A stretch of DNA of 64,000 nt from Acidobacteriota bacterium (GTDB lineage: Bacteria; Acidobacteriota; UBA6911), in NCBI GenBank assembly GCA_963664705.1, contig OY761556.1, positions 3,104,001-3,168,000 of the forward strand. The letters are read 5' to 3'. Of the stretch, positions 9,772-20,877 are shown piece after piece. Made by a program: the position numbers and the translations under genes. Position 1 is the stretch's first letter. Every line of letters starts with the position of its first letter. Below the pieces are notes generated by a model. It ran no database searches and had not been told where the DNA came from. It worked only from the letters and a program-made list of their open reading frames with translations.

Positions 9772-10218
9772 TTATGCAATTACCTCAATGGTGCCGCCCG
9801 CCTTCTTGATCTTCTCTTCCGCGCTCTTGCTGAATTTGTGCGCACGAACAGTAAGCGCGTGGGGCAGTTCTCCGACGCCAAGAATCTTGAGTCCATCCTG
9901 CAGCTTCTTGACGATTCCTTTGCTTTTCAGGATTTCCGGATCTACGACAGATCCAGCCTCGAATTCAGCCAGAGTCTCAAGATTGACCACGGCATATTCC
10001 TTGCGGAAAATATTATGAAATCCGCGCTTCGGCAATCGCCGGTACAGCGGCATCTGACCGCCTTCAAATCCGGGACGAATGCTGGCACCGGCACGGGACA
10101 TCTGTCCGTTGTAGCCTCGGGCCGCTGTCTTGCCGTGCCCGGAACCGATTCCGCGTCCGACACGTTTATTCTTGCGGTTTGCGCCGGGAGCCGGCTTCAG
10201 AGTATTTATGCTTAACAT
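9772..10218 (-). CDS. rplO: 50S ribosomal protein L15
   Basis: RVGRGIGSGHGKT, FEGGQMPLYRRLPKRGF. Confidence 0.99.
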   Translation of the reverse strand: MLSINTLKPAPGANRKNKRVGRGIGSGHGKTAARGYNGQMSRAGASIRPGFEGGQMPLYRRLPKRGFHNIFRKEYAVVNLETLAEFEAGSVVDPEILKSKGIVKKLQDGLKILGVGELPHALTVRAHKFSKSAEEKIKKAGGTIEVIA

Positions 10219-10237
10219 TGTCGTATGCCCTGTCTTT

Positions 10238-10315
10238 TAGTCGGCAGCAGATAGTGGGCAGTGGGCAGCAAGATACTCCATATACCGCCCATTGCCCACT
10301 GCAGACTGCCTACTG
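10238..10315. repeat. Inverted heptamer hairpin (CAGTGGG family) in the rpmD-rplO spacer
   Basis: TAGTCGG CAGCAGA TAGTGGG CAGTGGG CAG ... CCGCCCA TTGCCCA CTGCAGA CTGCCTA CTG; contains the rpmD stop. Confidence 0.88.
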
Positions 10316-10522
10316 TTCCAGAATTTTCACCAGGTGAGGAACCTGCGCGACCATGCCGCGAACAGCGGGAGTATCGACGCGATCGACGACCTGGTTGAGG
10401 CGCTTGAACCCCAGACTCTTGATAACCAGTTTGTGCTTTTCGGGCGAACCGATTGCACTGCGAACGTATTGGATTTTTAGTGTTGCGCCGGTTTCGGCTA
10501 CAGCTTTCTTTTTCGATGCCAT
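10310..10522 (-). CDS. rpmD: 50S ribosomal protein L30
   Basis: LKIQYVRSAIG..SLG..VRGMV..VPHLV; position after rpsE. Confidence 0.96.
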   Translation of the reverse strand: MASKKKAVAETGATLKIQYVRSAIGSPEKHKLVIKSLGFKRLNQVVDRVDTPAVRGMVAQVPHLVKILEQ

Positions 10523-10525
10523 CGC

Positions 10526-11020
10526 TTACAATTCCTCGACCTGTCGGCCCCGCAGTTTGGCAACTTCGACCGGTTCTTTCAGCCGTTTTAGTCCGTCGAA
10601 AGTGGCTTTGACCACATTATGGGGATTGGTGCTTCCAAGAGATTTCGTGAGGATGTTGGAAATACCCGCAGACTGAACGACGGCACGCACCGGTCCGCCT
10701 GCAATCACACCCGTCCCTTCGGATGCGGGTTTCAAAATCACTCGCCCGGCCCCGTAGCGGCCCAGAATGATATGAGGGATCGTGCGACCCTTCAGCGGAA
10801 CCCGAATCAGGTTCTTGCGCGCCTGTTCGACTCCTTTGCGGATGGCTTGAGGAACTTCCTTTGCCTTCCCCATCCCATAGCCCACCAGACCATTTTGATC
10901 GCCAACAACCACGAGAGCGCTGAAGCTCAGGTTCTTCCCGCCCTTGACCACTTTGGTCACGCGATTGATGGAGACAACCTGATCCTTCAATTCCATCGCA
11001 TTCGGATCGATCTTATCCAA
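10526..11020 (-). CDS. rpsE: 30S ribosomal protein S5
   Basis: [26 protein letters not shown]. Confidence 0.99.
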   Translation of the reverse strand: MDKIDPNAMELKDQVVSINRVTKVVKGGKNLSFSALVVVGDQNGLVGYGMGKAKEVPQAIRKGVEQARKNLIRVPLKGRTIPHIILGRYGAGRVILKPASEGTGVIAGGPVRAVVQSAGISNILTKSLGSTNPHNVVKATFDGLKRLKEPVEVAKLRGRQVEEL

Positions 11021-11034
11021 GCTTCCTCCGTAAC

Positions 11035-11106
11035 TAGTGGACAGTGGGCAGTTGGCAGTGGGCAGTTTGTTGTTTACTGCCGACTGGCGACTGTCGACTG
11101 CCGACT
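11035..11106. repeat. Inverted heptamer hairpin (CAGTGGG/ACTGCCG) in the rplR-rpsE spacer
   Basis: TAGTGGA CAGTGGG CAGTTGG CAGTGGG CAGT ... ACTGCCG ACTGGCG ACTGTCG ACTGCCG ACT. Confidence 0.92.
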
Positions 11107-11107
11107 C

Positions 11108-11476
11108 CTAAAATTTTAAACCTGATTCCCTGGCCGCTTCGGCTACCGCCTTGATCCGGCCGTGATATAAATAACCGCCGCGGTCGAACACAACCGCCTC
11201 GATCCCTTTGGCTTTGGCACGCTCAGCAATCGTCTTCCCGACGAGCTTCGAAGCTTGTATATTGCCCCCCTGTTTCAGGTCGCCAAGAACAGCCTTCTCA
11301 ACGGTGGACGCTGCCACAAGAGTTTTCCCCTGTGAGTCGTCTATGATCTGGGCATAAATGTACTTCGAGCTTCTGTAGATGCAAAGCCGTGGGCGATTGA
11401 CATTTCCGGAGATCTTCTGCCGGATGCGCTTGTGGATTCTGCGGCGTTCGCTGGAACGGTCAATTGGAGTAATCAT
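11108..11476 (-). CDS. rplR: 50S ribosomal protein L18
   Basis: [22 protein letters not shown]. Confidence 0.99.
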   Translation of the reverse strand: MITPIDRSSERRRIHKRIRQKISGNVNRPRLCIYRSSKYIYAQIIDDSQGKTLVAASTVEKAVLGDLKQGGNIQASKLVGKTIAERAKAKGIEAVVFDRGGYLYHGRIKAVAEAARESGLKF

Positions 11477-12036
11477 TAAGCACCCTTCTTCCCAACTTTG
11501 AGGCGGATAACTTCATTCTTGTATCGAAGTCCCTTACCCTTGTATGCATCCGGTTTTCTCAAGGAACGGATATCGGCAGCATACTGCCCGACGAGCTGCT
11601 TGTCCGATCCCGAAATAGTTATAGTCGCCACGTAATTCTGTATGCTCTTGCTTTGCTTTTCCGCCTTCACGCTGATTCCGGGCGGAATTGGAAACTCGAT
11701 GGGGTGGGAGTACCCCAGGGACAACGTCATATATTTTGGCTTGACGTCTACTTTGTATCCGATTCCAACTAAATCCAGCTCCTTGGTAAATCCATCGGTT
11801 ACGCCGCGGACGCAATTTGCGGCCAGTGCCCGGGCCAAGCCGTGGTATGCCGGATAGGGTTTCTCATCGGAGTCCCTGAAAGCCGTCAGAGTATCTCCAT
11901 TCAATTCAAAGCGAATACCAGCGGGAATGGGACTTGTCAGCTTTGCATTTTTCCCTTCGACTTCCAATTGGCCGTCGTGGATGCTCACCTTAACTCCGCC
12001 TGGCACCTTGATCGGTTTCTTTCCAATTCGCGACAT
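11476..12036 (-). CDS. rplF: 50S ribosomal protein L6
   Basis: [23 protein letters not shown]. Confidence 0.99.
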   Translation of the reverse strand: MSRIGKKPIKVPGGVKVSIHDGQLEVEGKNAKLTSPIPAGIRFELNGDTLTAFRDSDEKPYPAYHGLARALAANCVRGVTDGFTKELDLVGIGYKVDVKPKYMTLSLGYSHPIEFPIPPGISVKAEKQSKSIQNYVATITISGSDKQLVGQYAADIRSLRKPDAYKGKGLRYKNEVIRLKVGKKGA

Positions 12037-12056
12037 AAAGCACCTTTATGATAAAT

Positions 12057-12131
12057 CGTTCCCCATTTCCGGTTGCCCGCTTTCCCGTTCTCAACCATGT
12101 TCCAGGAACGGTTAAAGGGAAACGTTAAACG
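12057..12131. repeat. Degenerate inverted heptamer element (CGTTTCC/GGAAACG) in the rpsH-rplF spacer
   Basis: CGTTCCC CATTTCC GGTTGCC CGCTTTC CCGTTC ... GGAACGG TTAAAGG GAAACGT TAAACG. Confidence 0.7.
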
Positions 12132-12132
12132 C

Positions 12133-12531
12133 TTAGCTGATGGTACAGAGTACCTCTCCGCCTAATCCTTTTTCCTGCGCCTGCTTGCCCGTAAATATCC
12201 CCTGAGATGTGGACACGATGCAGACTCCCAGGCCACCAAGTACGGACGGGATTTCCGATTTATTCGCATACACGCGGCAACCCGGCCGGCTTACTCGATC
12301 TATGGCGGAAATCACAGGCTTCTTCCCCGACGAATAGCGGAGCTGTACACGGATCATTCCCTGCTTGTCGTCTTGGATCAGGTGATAATTGGAAACATAA
12401 CCCTCTTCCTTCAGGATCCGGGTAATTTCCAGTTTCAGTTTTGACGAGGGGATATCAACAGTCTCGTGCCTCGCATTACTGGCATTTCGAATCCGCGTCA
12501 GAAGATCGGACACGGGATCGGTCATCGTCAT
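12133..12531 (-). CDS. rpsH: 30S ribosomal protein S8
   Basis: TDPVSDLLTRIRNA, SRPGCRVY, GLGGEV. Confidence 0.99.
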   Translation of the reverse strand: MTMTDPVSDLLTRIRNASNARHETVDIPSSKLKLEITRILKEEGYVSNYHLIQDDKQGMIRVQLRYSSGKKPVISAIDRVSRPGCRVYANKSEIPSVLGGLGVCIVSTSQGIFTGKQAQEKGLGGEVLCTIS

Positions 12532-12546
12532 AATAAACTCTCCACG

Positions 12547-12629
12547 TAATTACGAATTACCGTTTACGAATAACGAATAGTGCATAGCTTTTCCCTTCGT
12601 CATTCGTCACCTGCAATTCGTCATTCCAA
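12547..12629. repeat. Inverted heptamer element (GAATTAC/TTCGTCA) in the rpsN-rpsH spacer
   Basis: TAATTAC GAATTAC CGTTTAC GAATAAC GAATA ... TTCGTCA TTCGTCA CCTGCAA TTCGTCA TTCC. Confidence 0.88.
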
Positions 12630-12815
12630 TTACCAGCTTGACTTGGTAACGCCAGGGATCTCCCCGGAAAGCGCCAGTGTACGGAAACAGAGGCGACAGA
12701 GCTGGAATTTCCGGTAATATCCTCGAGAACGACCACATCGCAGGCACCGGTTGTGCGCGCGCACCGTGAACTTCGGTGTCTGCCTGGCTTTGGCCTTCAT
12801 GCAATTTCTTGCCAC
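12630..12815 (-). CDS. rpsN: 30S ribosomal protein S14, short zinc-binding type Z
   Basis: GTG start after a GGGAG SD gives 61 aa; RCLRCGR...[16 protein letters not shown]. Confidence 0.97.
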   Translation of the reverse strand: MARNCMKAKARQTPKFTVRAHNRCLRCGRSRGYYRKFQLCRLCFRTLALSGEIPGVTKSSW

Positions 12816-12873
12816 AATAACTCCCGTCAGCAGTTGTGCTTCGTCCAAAGGACGAAGGCTTTACCAATACTAC

Positions 12874-13428
12874 TTATTGTTGCTGCCCTTTTTTCGCAAA
12901 TGGCATTCCCATAGCTTTCAACAGTTCGAAAGCTTCGTCGTCTGTTTTCGCAGTGGTGACGATGGTAATGTTCATCCCGCGAGCTTTATCCGCCTTTGCA
13001 AAATCAATTTCGGGGAAAATCAGCTGATCACGCAGTCCCAGCGTATAGTTCCCGCGGCCGTCAAACGATCGCGGAGACACGCCGCGAAAATCGCGAACGC
13101 GCGGAAGAGCGATATTCATCAGCCTGTCAAGGAACTCGAACATCCGATCCCCGCGCAATGTTACGGTTACGCCGATCGGCATCCCCTGGCGCAGTTTGAA
13201 AGCAGCGATCGACTTTTTTGCCTTGGTGACCACAGGGTGCTGCCCTGTGATGGCTCCGAGTTCATCCGCCGCTACGTCGAGAATCTTGGCATTGGAAATG
13301 GCTTCACCCAGCCCCATATTTACATTAATCTTCACCAGCTTGGGCGTCGCCATGATATTTTTGTACCCGAACTGCTTTGTCAGGGCAGGTACGGCTTCCG
13401 TCTTGTATAACTCCCGAAGTCTACTCAT
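12874..13428 (-). CDS. rplE: 50S ribosomal protein L5
   Basis: [25 protein letters not shown]. Confidence 0.99.
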   Translation of the reverse strand: MSRLRELYKTEAVPALTKQFGYKNIMATPKLVKINVNMGLGEAISNAKILDVAADELGAITGQHPVVTKAKKSIAAFKLRQGMPIGVTVTLRGDRMFEFLDRLMNIALPRVRDFRGVSPRSFDGRGNYTLGLRDQLIFPEIDFAKADKARGMNITIVTTAKTDDEAFELLKAMGMPFAKKGQQQ

Positions 13429-13457
13429 GTTCTGACCTTTCCAACCTCGTCATGCCC

Positions 13458-13784
13458 CTACGCATCCAAAAGCTCGTTGCAGTTCTTACACACTCGGACC
13501 TTGCGGCCGTCCGGCATGACGCTGAGTCCCGTCCGGGAATGCTTATTGCAGCGCTTGCAGACAACCATCAGATTGGAGATGTGCAATGGGGATTCCTTCG
13601 GCAGGATCCCTCCCTTGATGTTTTTCTGCGGGTTAGGCCGGGTGTGCTTTTGGATATGATTCAAGCCTTCGACCACTGCCCTGTTTTTGTCTTGGAAGAC
13701 CCTGAGCACTTTTCCAGTCTTGCCCCGGTCCTTCCCAGACAGCACGTAAACCATGTCGTTTTTCTTAATATGCACTCTGGGCAT
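13458..13784 (-). CDS. rplX: 50S ribosomal protein L24
   Basis: KOW motif IKKNDMVYVLSGKDRGKTGKV; ESPLHISN. Confidence 0.98.
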   Translation of the reverse strand: MPRVHIKKNDMVYVLSGKDRGKTGKVLRVFQDKNRAVVEGLNHIQKHTRPNPQKNIKGGILPKESPLHISNLMVVCKRCNKHSRTGLSVMPDGRKVRVCKNCNELLDA

Positions 13785-13810
13785 CGGATTCTATCCTCGC
13801 TCAACCGCTT

Positions 13811-14179
13811 CTAGAGCACTTCAGGCGCCAGCGAAACGATTTTCAAAAAGTCTCTGTCCCTCAGCTCGCGGCTGACCGGACCGAAAACGCGCGTACCAAT
13901 GGGCTCTTTCTGGTCATTGATAAGCACCGCGGCATTATCGTCGAAGCGAATGTAGGTGCCGTCTTTGCGCCTAAATTCCTTGCGTGTCCGAACGATGACG
14001 GCCTTTACCACCTGTCCCTTTTTGACCGTGCCGTCCGGCGAAGCTTCCTTCACATTCGCCGTAATGATATCCCCAAGGCTCGCAACGCGACCCACCTGGT
14101 TTCCCAATGCGTGAATGCAGGAGATCTTCCGAGCTCCTGAATTATCCGCAACATCTAAAATCGTCCTCATCTGTATCAT
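13811..14179 (-). CDS. rplN: 50S ribosomal protein L14
   Basis: [29 protein letters not shown]. Confidence 0.99.
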   Translation of the reverse strand: MIQMRTILDVADNSGARKISCIHALGNQVGRVASLGDIITANVKEASPDGTVKKGQVVKAVIVRTRKEFRRKDGTYIRFDDNAAVLINDQKEPIGTRVFGPVSRELRDRDFLKIVSLAPEVL

Positions 14180-14193
14180 GATGACCCTCAGTC

Positions 14194-14278
14194 CGAATTA
14201 CGAATTACGAATGTCGAAGGACGAATATGCTCACTCGTCCTTCAGCATTCGTAATTCGTCATTCGTAATTCGTCATTC
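14194..14278. repeat. Inverted heptamer hairpin (CGAATKA family) in the rpsQ-rplN spacer
   Basis: 14194-14224 is complementary to 14235-14265 at 28/31 positions around a 10-nt loop; contains the rpsQ stop. Confidence 0.95.
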
Positions 14279-14548
14279 AACACTTGTGGCACTGGTCAGT
14301 ACCTTCTCAACTCGCCATCTTTTGCGCGCACTCAGCGGCCGCGTTTCGACAATGCGCACGCGATCTCCTACCTTGCAGGATCCATTTTCATCGTGCGCCA
14401 GAAACTTGGAGGTCTTCCGCTGGATCTTCTTGTAGAGGGGATGCTGCACCAGTCTGTCGACCGCGACGGTGACAGTTTTCTGCATAGCCGTGCTTGTGAC
14501 GGTGCCGATCTGGCTCTTGCGGATTCCTCTTCTTTCTTCAGTTCCCAT
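14273..14548 (-). CDS. rpsQ: 30S ribosomal protein S17
   Basis: MQKTVTV, HPLYKK, AHDE, ETRPLS. Confidence 0.99.
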   Translation of the reverse strand: MGTEERRGIRKSQIGTVTSTAMQKTVTVAVDRLVQHPLYKKIQRKTSKFLAHDENGSCKVGDRVRIVETRPLSARKRWRVEKVLTSATSVE

Positions 14549-14563
14549 GTCTTCCCTATCTTG

Positions 14564-14640
14564 GATTTACAATTTACGATTAACGATTGAAAACTCAAAG
14601 ACGTCCTTCAATCATCAATCGTAAATCGTCAATCGTAAAT
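14564..14640. repeat. Inverted heptamer hairpin (GATTKAC family) in the rpmC-rpsQ spacer
   Basis: GATTTAC AATTTAC GATTAAC GATTGAA ... TTCAATC ATCAATC GTAAATC GTCAATC GTAAAT. Confidence 0.92.
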
Positions 14641-14641
14641 G

Positions 14642-14836
14642 TTACTTGCCCTTCTCCATCTCTGTAAGAACAGTAGCAATTCGCGCGATGTCGCGACGGA
14701 TATCGCGCATCTTCGGGGCACTCTCGACCTGACCTGCGGCTGCCTGGAAACGGAGCCGGAGAAGCTGCTTTCGCAGCTCGGCTTCTTCCACGAGCAGGTC
14801 GTCCTTGGACATATCCCTCATTTTAGAAGCCTTCAT
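14642..14836 (-). CDS. rpmC: 50S ribosomal protein L29
   Basis: 64 aa, [16 protein letters not shown]. Confidence 0.97.
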   Translation of the reverse strand: MKASKMRDMSKDDLLVEEAELRKQLLRLRFQAAAGQVESAPKMRDIRRDIARIATVLTEMEKGK

Positions 14837-15255
14837 TCCGCCCCCTTCCCGAATCTCTTAACAAACTTCGATTTGACCGAAAGCTTGTGGCCCGCAAGCC
14901 TCATCGCTTCCTGTGCCTGATCTTCCGGGATCCCTTCCATTTCATACAGGATCTTGCCCGGCCGGACAACGGCAACCCAACCTTCAGGCGCGCCCTTTCC
15001 TTTGCCCATACGGGTTTCAGCAGGCTTCTTGGTGATCGGCTTGTCAGGGAAAACACGGATCCAGATCTTTCCGCCCCTCTTGACAAAACGGGTGATCGCG
15101 ACACGTCCGGCCTCGATCTGCCGGTCCGTAACCCAGCCCACTTCCATGGCTTTCAGACCGTATTCCCCGAAGGTCACCTCGGAGCCACGCCACGCCTTAC
15201 CGCGACGTTTGCCCTTTTGTTGCTTACGATATTTGACTTTTTTCGGCATCAGCAT
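14833..15255 (-). CDS. rplP: 50S ribosomal protein L16
   Basis: [31 protein letters not shown]. Confidence 0.99.
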   Translation of the reverse strand: MLMPKKVKYRKQQKGKRRGKAWRGSEVTFGEYGLKAMEVGWVTDRQIEAGRVAITRFVKRGGKIWIRVFPDKPITKKPAETRMGKGKGAPEGWVAVVRPGKILYEMEGIPEDQAQEAMRLAGHKLSVKSKFVKRFGKGAE

Positions 15256-15275
15256 GATTCACGAACTCCTCAAGC

Positions 15276-15929
15276 CTACCGGGCTGTCTTTTCAGGTCTC
15301 TGCATTTCGAAAACTTCGCCCTTGTAGATCCACACCTTAACGCCAATGACCCCGTAGGTCGTATTTGCTTCCGCAAATCCGTAATCGATATCCGCACGGA
15401 TTGTGTGCAGCGGCAGCTGACCGCTCAGGTACCATTCTGTACGCGCGATTTCCGCGCCATTCAAACGGCCGGAGCAGCGCACTTTAATCCCCTTCGCTCC
15501 AAAACGAAGCGTACCGTCGACTGCACGCCGCATAGCACGCCGGAAAGCGATTCGCTTTTCCAACTGCTGCGCAATCCCTTCCGATACGAGTTGCGCATCG
15601 AGTTCAGGCTTGCTAACTTCCTGGATCTTCAGGTTGACATCTCGCCCTGTCAGAAGCTGCATGTCCTTCTTCAGCTTCTCGATCTCGGTCCCCTTCTTCC
15701 CTACGATAATGCCGGGCCGCGAAGTAAAGATAATGATAGTCAACTTGTTGGCCGCCCGCTCGACCTCAATACGGGATACACCCGCATGCGAAAACTTCTT
15801 CTTCAGCATCTTCTTAAGACGAAGATCTTCATGAAGCAGGGCGCCGTAGTCTTTCCGAGCAAACCAGCGGGAACGCCACGTGCGATTAACCCCAAGCCTG
15901 AAACCGTAAGGATGAACTTTCTGACCCAC
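15276..15929 (-). CDS. rpsC: 30S ribosomal protein S3
   Basis: [34 protein letters not shown]. Confidence 0.99.
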   Translation of the reverse strand: MGQKVHPYGFRLGVNRTWRSRWFARKDYGALLHEDLRLKKMLKKKFSHAGVSRIEVERAANKLTIIIFTSRPGIIVGKKGTEIEKLKKDMQLLTGRDVNLKIQEVSKPELDAQLVSEGIAQQLEKRIAFRRAMRRAVDGTLRFGAKGIKVRCSGRLNGAEIARTEWYLSGQLPLHTIRADIDYGFAEANTTYGVIGVKVWIYKGEVFEMQRPEKTAR

Positions 15930-15940
15930 GGATTACCTCC

Positions 15941-16300
15941 CTACCCTTCTTCCTCGATGTCTTTACCTTTGATGGATATGACGACATGTTTGTAGCGGCG
16001 CTGCTGGCGATAGGCTCGACCCATCGGGGCGGGGCGAACTCTTCGGCGGTACTTGGTAGGACCGGAATCGACGATCGCACGATCTACGATAAACTGGTCG
16101 ACATCCGCAGCGGCGTTCTTCTCTTTCGCATTCGCAACCGCCGATAATAGCACCTTCTCTATCGACTTCGTGGCGCGCTTGTTGGTGAACCGGAGAATAG
16201 CCAGGGCCTCCTGCACATTCCTGCCGCGAATAAGATCAATGACGAGCCGGGCTTTCTGCGGCGACCCTCTCAAATATTTGCCTTTCGCTATAGCTTCCAT
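15941..16300 (-). CDS. rplV: 50S ribosomal protein L22
   Basis: SPQKARLVIDLIRG, SAVANA, PMGRA. Confidence 0.98.
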   Translation of the reverse strand: MEAIAKGKYLRGSPQKARLVIDLIRGRNVQEALAILRFTNKRATKSIEKVLLSAVANAKEKNAAADVDQFIVDRAIVDSGPTKYRRRVRPAPMGRAYRQQRRYKHVVISIKGKDIEEEG

Positions 16301-16309
16301 AACCCTCTC

Positions 16310-16386
16310 AATTTCGGATTTGGAATTTCAGATTGCAGATTGCAGAACTGCTCAATCCGCCGCTCGAAATCCGAAATCCGTAATCC
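16310..16386. repeat. Inverted heptamer element (GATTKCR/AAATCCG) in the rpsS-rplV spacer
   Basis: AATTTCG GATTTGG AATTTCA GATTGCA GATTGCA ... CAATCCG ... AAATCCG AAATCCG TAATCC. Confidence 0.85.
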
Positions 16387-16391
16387 TTTCC

Positions 16392-16697
16392 CTATGCCGG
16401 CGGTTTCACCGCGGTTGTCTTCTCGGCCGCCTTGGTGCTCGTGTGCCCTTTGAACATCCGGGTCGGGGCAAATTCACCAAGCTTATGGCTAACCATATTC
16501 TCAGAAATGTAAATGGGTATGAACTTCTTGCCGTTATGCACGGCAATCGTCAAACCGACCATATCTGGAGTAATCGTCGAACGCCGCGACCATGTTTTGA
16601 TCACCGTCCGGCTGCCTGCTCCAGCAGTGGAAGCGGCTCCCACCTTTTTCAGGAGATGGTCGTCAACAAAAGGTCCTTTTTTGACTGATCTGGTCAT
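16392..16697 (-). CDS. rpsS: 30S ribosomal protein S19
   Basis: [29 protein letters not shown]. Confidence 0.99.
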   Translation of the reverse strand: MTRSVKKGPFVDDHLLKKVGAASTAGAGSRTVIKTWSRRSTITPDMVGLTIAVHNGKKFIPIYISENMVSHKLGEFAPTRMFKGHTSTKAAEKTTAVKPPA

Positions 16698-16705
16698 GCT
16701 GCTCC

Positions 16706-17533
16706 CTATTTACCGCGGCGCTTAATGATGAAGCGCTGAGTACGTTTATTATTCCGGGTCTTGTACCCCTTCGTGGGCAATCCCCATGGACTGACCGGAT
16801 GACGGCCACCGGAGGTTTTCCCCTCACCGCCGCCATGCGGATGATCGATCGGGTTCATGGCAACGCCGCGTACCGTCGGTCGTTTCCCCAGCCAACGAGT
16901 GCGACCCGCCTTGCCGATGGACACGTTTTCATGGTTCAGATTTCCAACCTGTCCTATCGTGGCATAGCAGTCCAGGATGACCATACGGGTTTCGCCCGAT
17001 GGCATCTTGATCTGGGCATACCCAGATTCCTTAGCCACCAACTGGGCAGCAGCACCCGCCGCTCTCGCCAATTGGCCGCCTTTTCCCTTTTTCATCTCGA
17101 TATTGTGAATCATCGTACCGAGAGGGATGTTTTTGAGAGGCAGCGCGTTCCCGAGAAGAATGTCCGCCGTATCACCGGCAACAACGGTCGCTCCGACGGC
17201 TAGACCATCGGGAGCCAGGATATAGCGCTTTTCTCCATCCGCATACGCAAGCAACGCAATGCGGGCGGATCGATTCGGATCATATTCGAGCGCTACAACC
17301 TTTGCTGGAATTTCGCGCTTGTCACGACGGAAATCAATGATGCGATACAGCTTTTTGTGCCCGCCGCCCCGGTGCCGCACGGTAAGACGCCCTTTATTGT
17401 TGCGTCCGGAAATCCTTTGTTTGGATTCCGTGAGGCGCTTGAGCGGACGATCCTTGGAGAGATCCTTGTTATCCAGAGTCGTCCGGAACCGGATCGCCGG
17501 TGACGTGGGATTATAGGTCTTGATAGAAGACAT
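16706..17533 (-). CDS. rplB: 50S ribosomal protein L2
   Basis: [29 protein letters not shown]. Confidence 0.99.
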   Translation of the reverse strand: MSSIKTYNPTSPAIRFRTTLDNKDLSKDRPLKRLTESKQRISGRNNKGRLTVRHRGGGHKKLYRIIDFRRDKREIPAKVVALEYDPNRSARIALLAYADGEKRYILAPDGLAVGATVVAGDTADILLGNALPLKNIPLGTMIHNIEMKKGKGGQLARAAGAAAQLVAKESGYAQIKMPSGETRMVILDCYATIGQVGNLNHENVSIGKAGRTRWLGKRPTVRGVAMNPIDHPHGGGEGKTSGGRHPVSPWGLPTKGYKTRNNKRTQRFIIKRRGK

Positions 17534-17554
17534 GATTTCGCCCAGCTCCTGCTG

Positions 17555-17848
17555 TTATACTGCCTCGGAAAACTCGATCATCTTCTCACCCTCTTTGAGG
17601 GTGACGTAGGCCTTTTTCCAATCCGGCCGACGGCCGGTATACCGACCCTGACGTCGCTTCTTCCCATGGAAAATCGCCGTACGAACACTTTCAACCTTTA
17701 CTTTAAAGATCTTCTCGACGGCATCCTTAATTTCGATTTTGTTCGCATCCCGCAAAACTTTGAACGCAACAGTCCGGAGATTTTCCTTGACGTGTGTGCT
17801 CTTTTCCGTAATTACGGGAAGTTGTAAAACATATTCTCTATGGTTCAT
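17555..17848 (-). CDS. rplW: 50S ribosomal protein L23
   Basis: PVITEKS, ANKIEIK.AVE..F.VKV, WKKAYVTL. Confidence 0.98.
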   Translation of the reverse strand: MNHREYVLQLPVITEKSTHVKENLRTVAFKVLRDANKIEIKDAVEKIFKVKVESVRTAIFHGKKRRQGRYTGRRPDWKKAYVTLKEGEKMIEFSEAV

Positions 17849-18471
17849 CGGCTTAGGACCTCCTGCACCTGGAGAATCGCATCCTTGGAAAAAAGCAGCG
17901 TGTTGCTGTTGACCACATCAAAGATGTTAACGCCGGTGCCGGGAACCAGCTTTACCTTCGGCAGATTGCGCGAAGACAGCACCAGGTTGTTGTTCCGGCT
18001 GGAATCCACAATCAAGACTTTTCCAGTGAATCCCATCTTCACAAGCAATTTCTGAAACTCTTTGGTCTTGCTGCTTTCCGGAGTCAGGTTCTCGATTACA
18101 GCTACCGAGTTTTCACTGAGCTTTGCGGAAAGTGCCGAACGCATTGCGCTCTGCAGCTTTTTGCGCGGGAAGTTGTAGACGTAGCTCCGCGGCTGTGGCC
18201 CATGTACCGTTCCACCATGCCGCCACAGAGGGCTTCGAATGCTGCCAACCCGTGCCCGCCCGGTACCCTTCTGGCGCCAGAGCTTCTTCCCGCTTCCACT
18301 CACATCTCCTCGGACTTTGGTTGAGGCAGTTCCTGCCCGAAGGGAATCACTATAGTGTTTTACGGCTTCCCAGATGAGGGGCTGGTTAAAGTCCGCCTTG
18401 AATACGGCATCCGAAAGCTCCAGCTTTCCTACAACCTCATTGGCAAGGTTTTTTACCTCAATCTCCGCCAT
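17845..18471 (-). CDS. rplD: 50S ribosomal protein L4
   Basis: [25 protein letters not shown]. Confidence 0.99.
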   Translation of the reverse strand: MAEIEVKNLANEVVGKLELSDAVFKADFNQPLIWEAVKHYSDSLRAGTASTKVRGDVSGSGKKLWRQKGTGRARVGSIRSPLWRHGGTVHGPQPRSYVYNFPRKKLQSAMRSALSAKLSENSVAVIENLTPESSKTKEFQKLLVKMGFTGKVLIVDSSRNNNLVLSSRNLPKVKLVPGTGVNIFDVVNSNTLLFSKDAILQVQEVLSR

Positions 18472-18481
18472 ACCACCCTCA

Positions 18482-18542
18482 CAATTGACGATTTACGATT
18501 GACGATTGACGATTTTGTCTTTCGACCGTAGATCGCTAAATC
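18482..18542. repeat. Heptamer element (CGATTKA x5) in the rplC-rplD spacer
   Basis: CAATTGA CGATTTA CGATTGA CGATTGA CGATTTT with decayed opposite arm TCGACCG TAGATCG. Confidence 0.85.
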
Positions 18543-19172
18543 CTATGACTTTTTGATAATAACGTATCCGCCGTTGCGCCCGGGAACAGCACCCTTGACC
18601 ATTAGCAGGTTTTCCTGTTCCTGAATGCGTACCACACTGAGGTTCTGAACCGTTACCGCTTCATCGCCCATGTGCCCGGCAGCCCGCATCCCCGGCAAAA
18701 CACGGCTCGGGAAAGCAGAGGCTCCAATCGATCCGGGAGCTCTGTGGAACATGGAACCATGGCTTGCGGCGCCGCCACCGAAGTGGTGTCGTTTGATCAA
18801 TCCGGCAAACCCACGCCCTTTGCTGGTTCCAAGAATATCGACTTTATCCTTCGCCTGGAAAACCTGCGTTAACAGGATCTGCTCGCCGACATTGGGCATT
18901 TCAGCCCCATCCTGAAAGCGGAACTCACGCATAATCCGGCAGGGCGGAACACCGGCTTTCTTGAAGTGGCCAGTTCTCGGCTTGTTAACCCTGGAAGGAC
19001 GAATAAACTCTACGAGGCCCAGCTGGACCGATTCGTAACCATCCGTCTCCTTGGTCTTCTTCTGAACGACAACACAGGGTCCGGCTTTGATCACGGTAAC
19101 CGGAGTAACGATTCCGTTCTCGTCAAAAACCTGAGTCATCCCTACCTTAATACCAATCAATCCATCAACCAT
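18543..19172 (-). CDS. rplC: 50S ribosomal protein L3
   Basis: [30 protein letters not shown]. Confidence 0.99.
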   Translation of the reverse strand: MVDGLIGIKVGMTQVFDENGIVTPVTVIKAGPCVVVQKKTKETDGYESVQLGLVEFIRPSRVNKPRTGHFKKAGVPPCRIMREFRFQDGAEMPNVGEQILLTQVFQAKDKVDILGTSKGRGFAGLIKRHHFGGGAASHGSMFHRAPGSIGASAFPSRVLPGMRAAGHMGDEAVTVQNLSVVRIQEQENLLMVKGAVPGRNGGYVIIKKS

Positions 19173-19174
19173 AT

Positions 19175-19330
19175 CAGTTCCCGGTTCCCAGTTCCCAGTT
19201 CCCCGTTCCCAACTCCATCCGAACAGAGGAAACTCGGAGCTCGTTTTATTTCGCTTGCTGTTTCCCGGTCCCAGTCATCAACTTTCCAGTTCGCATTCAA
19301 TCATGAACTGGAAACTCTGTACTGGGAGCT
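19175..19330. repeat. Heptamer element (CAGTTCC/GAACTGG) in the rpsJ-rplC spacer
   Basis: CAGTTCC CGGTTCC CAGTTCC CAGTTCC CCGTTCC CAACTCC ... TTTCCAGTTC/GAACTGGAAA hairpin, GTACTGG GAGCT. Confidence 0.88.
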
Positions 19331-19333
19331 CCT

Positions 19334-19660
19334 CTACTTGTGCTCAGTTCCGAAGGCCTTGATCTCGACGTCGATGGCGGCCGGCAAATCCAGCTTCATC
19401 AGAGCATCGACGGTCTGCGGTGTGGGCTCCAGAATATCCACCAGACGCTTGTGCGTTCGGATCTCAAACTGTTCGCGCGACTTCTTATCCACATGCGGGG
19501 ATCGAAGGACGCAAAACTTGTTTTTGACCGTGGGCAGAGGGATCGGACCCGAAACTCTGGAACCGGTACGCTTTGCAATATCCACGATCTCAGAGGTGGA
19601 TTGATCCAGCACCCTGTAATCGTAAGCCTTCAGCCTGATTCTTATTTTTTCATTCAGCAT
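19334..19660 (-). CDS. rpsJ: 30S ribosomal protein S10
   Basis: [29 protein letters not shown]. Confidence 0.99.
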   Translation of the reverse strand: MLNEKIRIRLKAYDYRVLDQSTSEIVDIAKRTGSRVSGPIPLPTVKNKFCVLRSPHVDKKSREQFEIRTHKRLVDILEPTPQTVDALMKLDLPAAIDVEIKAFGTEHK

Positions 19661-19671
19661 GGTCGTTCCGC

Positions 19672-20859
<1,188 letters not shown>

Positions 20860-20877
20860 ACATTCCTCCGAACCGAA

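Noticed and set aside
13429-13457. Possible S8 operator at the rplX-rplE junction
   Set aside because: Could not identify a convincing helix mimicking the 16S S8 site by eye
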